A DNA stretch of 63,480 bases, filler included, from an uncultured Methanosarcinales archaeon (GTDB lineage: Archaea; Nanobdellota; Nanobdellia; Woesearchaeales; CAZKBD01), in NCBI GenBank assembly GCA_964550945.1. It is 6 parts of 6 records of this genome, joined end to end, with 100 filler letters (N's around TTAATTAATTAA, not from the genome) between each part and the next. Parts side by side here need not be neighbours in the genome. Positions count along the whole stretch, not along the records: positions 56,094 to 63,480 come from CAZKBD010000083.1; 5 more parts are not named here. One strand, 5' to 3'. Each line of letters begins with the position of its first letter. Position 1 is the first letter of the stretch. The notes under the pieces were generated by a model, which saw only the letters and a list, made by a program, of their open reading frames with translations, did no database searches and was not told the DNA's origin. Shown in pieces: positions 58,006-63,480 of the stretch. The translations under genes and the position numbers were made by a program.

Positions 58006-59907
58006 ATGGCTAAACAGTACAAAAAGGAAGACAAGGAAAATAAGGACAATAAAGAAACTAAAGAATTGGCTCAGATACCTAAAGTTGAGGATTTTTCTGC
58101 AGGACAAATGGGTAATATGCCTATGCCTAATCTGCCTAAGGAGCTCCCAAAAGAAGTTCAGGAAAAGCTGCAGCAGATAAAAGCAAAATTAGATAAATTC
58201 CAAAAAAAGATAATTGAGAAGTTTGATAAATACATTATAGGGGTTGCTTTATTACCTCCTCCAAAGCCAAGGGAAGGAGAAAAGATTGATAAGGATATAA
58301 TCAGCGTTTTAGTTCTGGTTGATGATTCTGACAGCAAAAAGATGTCTAAGTTTGAATTAAAGGATAAATTAACTTCAATAATCCTTAGCATTGGCAAAGA
58401 GATTGATAAGAATATTGCACCTGAAACTGTAATACTCTCTGAATTATGGCAGAATTGCTATGATGCAAAATATGAAGTACTGCAGTTAATCGCATTGTCT
58501 GCGCCTATCTATGACACGGGAATGCTAAGCGCAATCAAAATAGCAGAGATCCATAAAAATATGGTCCTGAAGAAGTTTGAGAAATATATTGTCAGCTATG
58601 TCTTGGCTGGCTCTTTGGTTCAAGGAAGGGCAACTAAAACAAGCGACATAGATGTATGGATCGTTATTGATGATACTGATGTTAAAAAGATGACAAGGGC
58701 GGAGTTAAAAGACAAATTAAGGGCTATAATCATTGGAATGGGGATTGAAGCTGGCGAGATAACTCAGATAAGGAACAAGCTGAATATCCAGGTTTACATA
58801 TTGACGGATTTCTGGGAGAGCCTAAAAGAAGCTAACCCCATCATATTCACTTTGCTTAGAGATGGTGTTCCTTTTTATGATCGCGGCGTTTTTATGCCAT
58901 GGAAATTGCTGTTGAGGATGGGCAAGATCAAGCCAAGTGTTGAAGCAATTGATATGTTCATGCAAAGCGGAGAGCAGATGATAAGAAGAGCAGAAAGCAC
59001 TATCAAGGCAATAGGCATGGAAGATACTTATTATGCAATATTAACACCAAGCCAGGCAGCTCTGATGATGTTTGGTGTCCCGCCGCCTGCGCCAAAGGAA
59101 ACAGCAGAATTGATGCGGGAGATATTTGTCAAAAAAGAAGGGTTGTTAGAAGAAAAATATGTGGAGATACTGGAAAGGAATATTGAAGTCAGGAAAGAGC
59201 TTGAGCATGGCACAAGAAAAGAGCTGGCAGGAAAAGACCTTGATAAGCTTGTGGATGACGCAAAGAAATACCTAAGCAGGATAAAAAGATTATTCACGCA
59301 GATAGAAAAGATAAAAGAAGAGCAGGATATGGTGCATATATATGATACTGTCGTTACGATCATAAGGGATGTTTTAAAGCTTGAGGGGATTGAAAGAGTA
59401 AGCGACATTGAGATTGTAAAGATATTTGAGGATAAGATGATCAGTGAAGGTAAAATACCAGCAAAGTATTTGAGAGTATTAAACGAGATACTAAAAGCCA
59501 AGAAAGATTATGATGATAAAAAATTAACTAAAACTGAAGTTGAAAATGTAAAGAAAAATTCCAATGATTTTGTTAAGTTCTTAGTTGAATATATACAAAG
59601 GAAGAGAGGCAGAGAATTGGAGAGAGCAAAAATCAGGGTAAAGCACGGAAATAAGTATGGCGAGGTTATGCTGCTAGGAGATGAAGCTTACATAATCCAT
59701 GACATAGACCACGAGGAAAAAGAGCTGTCAAAAGCTAAGATAAAGCCTAATGGAGGGTTAGGCACTGTAGAGGCAAGCTCTCTGGAGGAATTAGAAAAGG
59801 CTTTGTCAAAAGTAGAGATTCCTCCTAAGGTTTTCATCAAAGAGCCTATTTTTGAGGATTTGAAAAGGATATTCGGGAAAGATGTTGAAGTTTTGGTGAA
59901 TTACTGA
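58006..59907 (+). CDS. tandem nucleotidyltransferase-domain + HEPN-like fusion protein
   Basis: Internally duplicated KF(D/E)KYI...DD(S/T)D..KM...ELKDKL; second copy has GSLVQG...SDIDV; YYA...QAALM and RKELEH. Confidence 0.78.
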   Translation: MAKQYKKEDKENKDNKETKELAQIPKVEDFSAGQMGNMPMPNLPKELPKEVQEKLQQIKAKLDKFQKKIIEKFDKYIIGVALLPPPKPREGEKIDKDIISVLVLVDDSDSKKMSKFELKDKLTSIILSIGKEIDKNIAPETVILSELWQNCYDAKYEVLQLIALSAPIYDTGMLSAIKIAEIHKNMVLKKFEKYIVSYVLAGSLVQGRATKTSDIDVWIVIDDTDVKKMTRAELKDKLRAIIIGMGIEAGEITQIRNKLNIQVYILTDFWESLKEANPIIFTLLRDGVPFYDRGVFMPWKLLLRMGKIKPSVEAIDMFMQSGEQMIRRAESTIKAIGMEDTYYAILTPSQAALMMFGVPPPAPKETAELMREIFVKKEGLLEEKYVEILERNIEVRKELEHGTRKELAGKDLDKLVDDAKKYLSRIKRLFTQIEKIKEEQDMVHIYDTVVTIIRDVLKLEGIERVSDIEIVKIFEDKMISEGKIPAKYLRVLNEILKAKKDYDDKKLTKTEVENVKKNSNDFVKFLVEYIQRKRGRELERAKIRVKHGNKYGEVMLLGDEAYIIHDIDHEEKELSKAKIKPNGGLGTVEASSLEELEKALSKVEIPPKVFIKEPIFEDLKRIFGKDVEVLVNY

Positions 59908-59953
59908 TTTCTTTAAGATTTTTGGTTAGTTTCGTGAAAATTTCAGACAAGCT

Positions 59954-60307
59954 TCATTTTTCTTCTTGTTCCATGTTTGAAAGTAAGTTCTTTAGCTTGG
60001 GCTTAAGGTTTGGAATTTCATTTTTTATCGCTGGCCAGACCAGATTGTAGTCTATCCCAAAATATGCATGAATGAGCCTATCCCTCATTCCTGCCATTGA
60101 TGTCCACTGGATATCCTTATACTCGCCCCTTATTTTAGGTGGGATATGCTTTGAAGCTTCACCAATTATCTCAAATTTCCTAATCACTGCGCTTGATGTC
60201 TTTTCATCTGCCTGAAGTTCCTCAAGAGTCATATCACCTACAAACTCTTCAATGGATTCCATTGCAGCAATGATATCCTTAACAAATAATTGGTAATCCC
60301 TCTTCAT
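59954..60307 (-). CDS. DUF86/HepT HEPN ribonuclease toxin
   Basis: EIIGEASK, GMRDRLIHAYFGID (Rx4H). Confidence 0.92.
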   Translation of the reverse strand: MKRDYQLFVKDIIAAMESIEEFVGDMTLEELQADEKTSSAVIRKFEIIGEASKHIPPKIRGEYKDIQWTSMAGMRDRLIHAYFGIDYNLVWPAIKNEIPNLKPKLKNLLSNMEQEEK

Positions 60308-60597
60308 ACCTTAACCACCTCTTTGATGATGTTGTTTTTTAATTCGGGTCTTATTCCTCCTTCAGAAACAACATCCACCTTTATCTTTAGCTTTTCCTCA
60401 AGGTAATTTCCCACTCCGACAAAATCAAAGAGCGTTGCATTAGGATTAAATTTTACGAGGATGTCAATATCACTAGACTTTTTTTGCTTACCCCTTGCGT
60501 AAGAGCCAAAAATACCAAGCTCCCTGACTTTGTATCTTTTTCTTAATTCATTTTTACTTGAAGCCAGGATGGTTTGAATTTGTTTTAACTTTTTCAT
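60304..60597 (-). CDS. minimal nucleotidyltransferase (MntA-type antitoxin)
   Basis: IFGSYARG....SDIDILV, KVDVV. Confidence 0.92.
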   Translation of the reverse strand: MKKLKQIQTILASSKNELRKRYKVRELGIFGSYARGKQKKSSDIDILVKFNPNATLFDFVGVGNYLEEKLKIKVDVVSEGGIRPELKNNIIKEVVKV

Positions 60598-60666
60598 TAT
60601 ATTCGCCTATGTATATTAGGGGGTTTAACTTCTTATTATTTAATCTTTTTGTTTCTGGAACCAATA

Positions 60667-60728
60667 GTTGAAGTTTTGGTAAACTACTAAGTTCTTTAAG
60701 TGTTTTGGTTAATTTATGAAGTTTTCAG
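60667..60728 (+). repeat. second copy of the 3' end and downstream flank of gene 58006..59907 (direct repeat of 59884..59946)
   Basis: GTTGAAGTTTTGGT(G/A)AA(T/C)TACT(G/A)A.TTCTTTAAG...TTTTGGTTA...TTTCAG; both copies read VEVLVNY*. Confidence 0.85.
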
Positions 60729-60747
60729 TGTTTGTATAAGAGGCTAA

Positions 60748-61095
60748 TCATGTAAACGGAAGTACTGCCTGCCTGCTCTCATCCATCTTGTGTAATTGCT
60801 TTAATTGTGTGCATATAATGGCTCTAAACTTGCTTATGCCCACCACTGAAACAAAAGAACCCACTTCCAGTCGCTCAGCAAGAGCAAAGTTTTCCTTATG
60901 CGCCTTAATAACAACAAAATTGTATTTGTCATCAGCTTTCTGAACAATCAGCTTAATGCTTCCTTTCTTTGTTTTTCCTTTCTTAACGATTTTCCCTTTA
61001 ACCCTTATCCGACTTTTAAATTCATTTATCTTTTTCTCTTTGCGAGCTAATTCGGAAATCGTGTTAATGAGTGTCCTGTCCATCTGATTTTTCAT
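60748..61095 (-). CDS. hypothetical protein (possible OB fold)
   Basis: IRVKGKIV...LEVGSFVSVVG beta pattern. Confidence 0.55.
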   Translation of the reverse strand: MKNQMDRTLINTISELARKEKKINEFKSRIRVKGKIVKKGKTKKGSIKLIVQKADDKYNFVVIKAHKENFALAERLEVGSFVSVVGISKFRAIICTQLKQLHKMDESRQAVLPFT

Positions 61096-61324
61096 CTTCT
61101 GCTGAAAGTTTCAACCGGTGACAATTTGTCACCACTTCGCTTCCCTCTTCTCTTAGCCTTTGGCTTAGCTTGTTCCAATATTTCCTTGCTGTAAGCGAAT
61201 CTTCCTGTTCTGTTAAAATAGCTACAATGTCTATTACAGAGAAAAACCACTGGTTTTGATGCCAAACTCTCCTAATCTTTCTATCCTGAAAAACTACCAA
61301 TGACTCATCTTCATCCATTTTCAA
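61064..61324 (-). pseudogene. truncated Bro-N domain gene
   Basis: FQDRKIRRVW..WFFSVIDIV..LT...RKYWNKL..RL..EGSE.VT.C..LKL.A.D, which stops before the usual DGK.R.TD. Confidence 0.75.
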
Positions 61325-62106
61325 TCCTCTGGAAAAAACTCCTTGTTAAAACAAGCATCGCACATCCCATTATGCCAATCCTTGTTATGTGCTGAGATTT
61401 TTGCATTGCAATTTTTGCAATTGAAACGCATGTCTTCGTCATGATTCATATGAATAGTTTTTTCCTTTTCTTTTATTTCTTTTGGACTCAATGATTCTGC
61501 AAAATACCCTTCTTCCCATAATGAGTCAACTTTCACAGCTTTTCCAGTCTCTTTAATATCTTTATCAAGACAACACTTCTTGTATTTTTTTCCAGAGCCG
61601 CAATGACAAGGGTCATTTCTTCCTAACTTTCTAGGCTTTTCCTTTGTGATTTCTATGCTTTTGTCAATGTCAGATATCTTTTTAGGTTCGTGATATTCAA
61701 TACTATTCTCAGTTAGGATATTGGCAAAAGTTTTGACATATTCCTCTTTTCCTGAAAAGAATATTATGCCCGGCATTATTTCGGCGTGGTAGTCATCGCA
61801 TAAAAAACCATAACATGTTGCAAGTTCGTCATCCGAGTTGTCATAAAACATTCCTTTATTTTTGGATAAGAGTATAAGATTATTCTTTATTTCAGTCAAG
61901 TCCATTTCTTTGATATATTGTATTACGCCATCATATAATTTTACCACCTTCAATTCTTTTTCTTTATTGAACTCTATGAAGGAATCAATTAGTTTCCTGC
62001 AATCTATTTTTTTACCCAATAGAAAGTTATCTTTTGTTTCTAAATAGAAATCAAAGCCATATTTTTCTTCAAGCTCTTTGTGGGATTGCCCGACTAAGTC
62101 GCTCAT
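61321..62106 (-). CDS. SEC-C motif protein with C-terminal Zn finger
   Basis: GRNDPCHCGSGKKYKKCC; CKNC...CDAC. Confidence 0.8.
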   Translation of the reverse strand: MSDLVGQSHKELEEKYGFDFYLETKDNFLLGKKIDCRKLIDSFIEFNKEKELKVVKLYDGVIQYIKEMDLTEIKNNLILLSKNKGMFYDNSDDELATCYGFLCDDYHAEIMPGIIFFSGKEEYVKTFANILTENSIEYHEPKKISDIDKSIEITKEKPRKLGRNDPCHCGSGKKYKKCCLDKDIKETGKAVKVDSLWEEGYFAESLSPKEIKEKEKTIHMNHDEDMRFNCKNCNAKISAHNKDWHNGMCDACFNKEFFPED

Positions 62107-62354
62107 TTTAAAGAATCCTCGATAATCTTCTTTTCTTCTTCAGTTATCCCGTATAATTTATAGACTAATTCATCAATGTTGATATTCCTTACATCCCACC
62201 CCAATGCTTCAAATAAGGGCTCGATAAATTCTGCTTTTGTATCTTCTTCTTTGTATCGTTTTATAGAGCCAGATTCGAGAATTCTATTATATTTATCAAC
62301 GAGTTTCTTAACTTCCTCTTTCGCTTGTTCCTTAGTTAAGTGTCTTAAAACCAT
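62103..62354 (-). pseudogene. internally deleted type IIG-like restriction-modification gene
   Basis: N-terminal EEDTKAEFIEPLFEALGWDV fused in frame to C-terminal IDELVYKLYGITEEEKKIIE. Confidence 0.75.
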
Positions 62355-62486
62355 CCAGATATTAAAAGAGAGATTTAGTATATAAATATTCTTTCTTTTT
62401 GTGAGGAGCATGCCATTTTTTGTTTTTCTTAAAATATATTTTGAAGAACAGATATGTTTATAAAGATAGTTAGATTCATTATTTGT

Positions 62487-63038
62487 ATGAAAACAGGAAT
62501 AAAAGTCATTGATGCGATGACTGAAAAACCAATAACTGTTTTTTCTGACATTATTCTGAAAGACTGCGCAAGGATTATGGCAGATAATCATGTTGGCGCT
62601 CTGATGGTAAAGGATGATGGCAAATTACAAGGAGTTATAACAGAGCAGGATATTGTGAGGAAAGGGGTTTCTGCTGGATTGGACCCAAAAAAAACAAAAG
62701 TCAGCGATATAATGGCTAAAGAGCTGATAACGATAGCCCCCGACAGCGACATCTATGAAGCATTAATCAAAATGAGGGACTTAAACATAAGGCATTTGCC
62801 TGTCATGGATGGCAGCAAGATGATTGGCCTGTTAACACTGAAAGATGTTCTCAAGATAGAGCCGCAATTGTTTGATATTATGGTAGAGAAGTTTGAGCTA
62901 AGGGAAGAAAGCAGAAAACCAATCCACCATATTTCTCCAAATGAGGGGATATGCGAAAGCTGCGGCGAATATTTTGAAAAATTGAATAAAGTAGATAGTT
63001 CTTTATTGTGCGATAATTGCAAAGCTGAGCAAAGTTAA
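62487..63038 (+). CDS. CBS-pair protein with C-terminal Zn ribbon
   Basis: Two CBS domains (VGAL.V, GVITEQDI, IRHLPV); GICESCG...CDNC; start at MKTGIK. Confidence 0.9.
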   Translation: MKTGIKVIDAMTEKPITVFSDIILKDCARIMADNHVGALMVKDDGKLQGVITEQDIVRKGVSAGLDPKKTKVSDIMAKELITIAPDSDIYEALIKMRDLNIRHLPVMDGSKMIGLLTLKDVLKIEPQLFDIMVEKFELREESRKPIHHISPNEGICESCGEYFEKLNKVDSSLLCDNCKAEQS

Positions 63039-63106
63039 CGCAGCGAAAATGCCACCAAATTCTATTTATGAATTGATAGGGTGATGTCATTTTCTGGCGT
63101 TAAAAA
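63039..63106 (+). repeat. ~70-bp hairpin repeat, copy 2
   Basis: CGCAGCGAAAATGCCACCAA...TGTCATTTTCTGGCGTTAAAAA; first 20 nt identical to the reverse complement of 8843..8862. Confidence 0.8.
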
Positions 63107-63167
63107 CTAAGTGATATAAAATGTATAATTTCAATATATCTGATTTCTGCAGAGAGCTAGTTTTTAA

Positions 63168-63221
63168 CGTAAACTTTTGCGTTTCTCCTCTGTAAGCACC
63201 CCCTGATTTTTGATGTATATT
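63168..63221 (-). repeat. 54-bp repeat, copy 2
   Basis: Exact reverse complement of 56094..56147. Confidence 0.95.
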
Positions 63222-63245
63222 CTGTAGCACCGAAAAACATATAAA

Positions 63246-63271
63246 CTTAAGTTATCTATAGATAACTTAAG
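63246..63271. promoter_or_regulatory. perfect 26-bp palindrome (operator candidate)
   Basis: CTTAAGTTATCTA|TAGATAACTTAAG between a TATA-like element and the ATG at 63272. Confidence 0.7.
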
Positions 63272-63442
63272 ATGAGAATTGTGAACCTTGACGAGGGAAA
63301 ACTTACCTTAAAGGATGACAAAATAGAAGGATTCCTTGAGAGAAAAGTGAACCCCATTGGAACAAGCGCTAAGGTCGATGTGCCTAGGCGTTATCTTGGT
63401 AGGCGGGCTTATGTCATTATTTGTAAAAAAATAAACGATTAA
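63272..63442 (+). CDS. DUF2080 family transposon-associated protein (56 aa, below ORF-track cutoff)
   Basis: MRIVNLDEGKLTLKDDKIEGFLERKVNPIGTSAKVDVPRRYLGRRAYVIICKKIND*. Confidence 0.82.
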   Translation: MRIVNLDEGKLTLKDDKIEGFLERKVNPIGTSAKVDVPRRYLGRRAYVIICKKIND

Positions 63443-63480
63443 TATAGGCATCGCCTATCCCAATCGCAGCAAGCTGCGGG

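Noticed and set aside
63039..63106. Archaeal SECIS element (3'-UTR hairpin containing GAA)
   Set aside because: No in-frame TGA at a Cys position in the adjacent genes (CBS, mdh)

Overview
AT-rich archaeal sequence, most consistent with a DPANN (Woesearchaeota-like) metagenome-assembled genome. The evidence is class I LysRS, aIF5B, stand-alone Kae1, Mre11/HerA, oapABC and BRE-TATA promoters; this taxonomy is an inference from gene content. The window is not contiguous. Five identical 100-nt spacers (N44-TTAATTAATTAA-N44) join six contigs, and the four complete ones decrease in length (about 11 kb each), so adjacency across spacers means nothing. Content: housekeeping genes (serS, kae1, infB, lysS, mre11, herA, polX, oapABC), fumarase/MDH/NfnAB and aspartokinase/homoserine dehydrogenase metabolism, a cell-surface protein cluster, an oxidative-stress cluster, many toxin-antitoxin pairs and decayed defence genes. 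Most notable: (1) a split RelA/SpoT-like locus (HD hydrolase + Zn-ribbon/synthetase-domain protein + coupled methyltransferase) in an archaeon; (2) two TA cassettes that each sit between a host gene's 3' end and a synonymously diverged second copy of that 3' end; (3) several dispersed non-coding repeat families: a ~240-bp AT-rich element in three contigs, a ~70-bp hairpin in two contigs, a REP-like hairpin array, and a 54-bp repeat tied to a DUF2080 mini-element; (4) a tandem NTase-NTase-HEPN fusion protein; (5) an in-frame internally deleted type IIG-like R-M gene. No rRNA, tRNA or CRISPR array was recognised.
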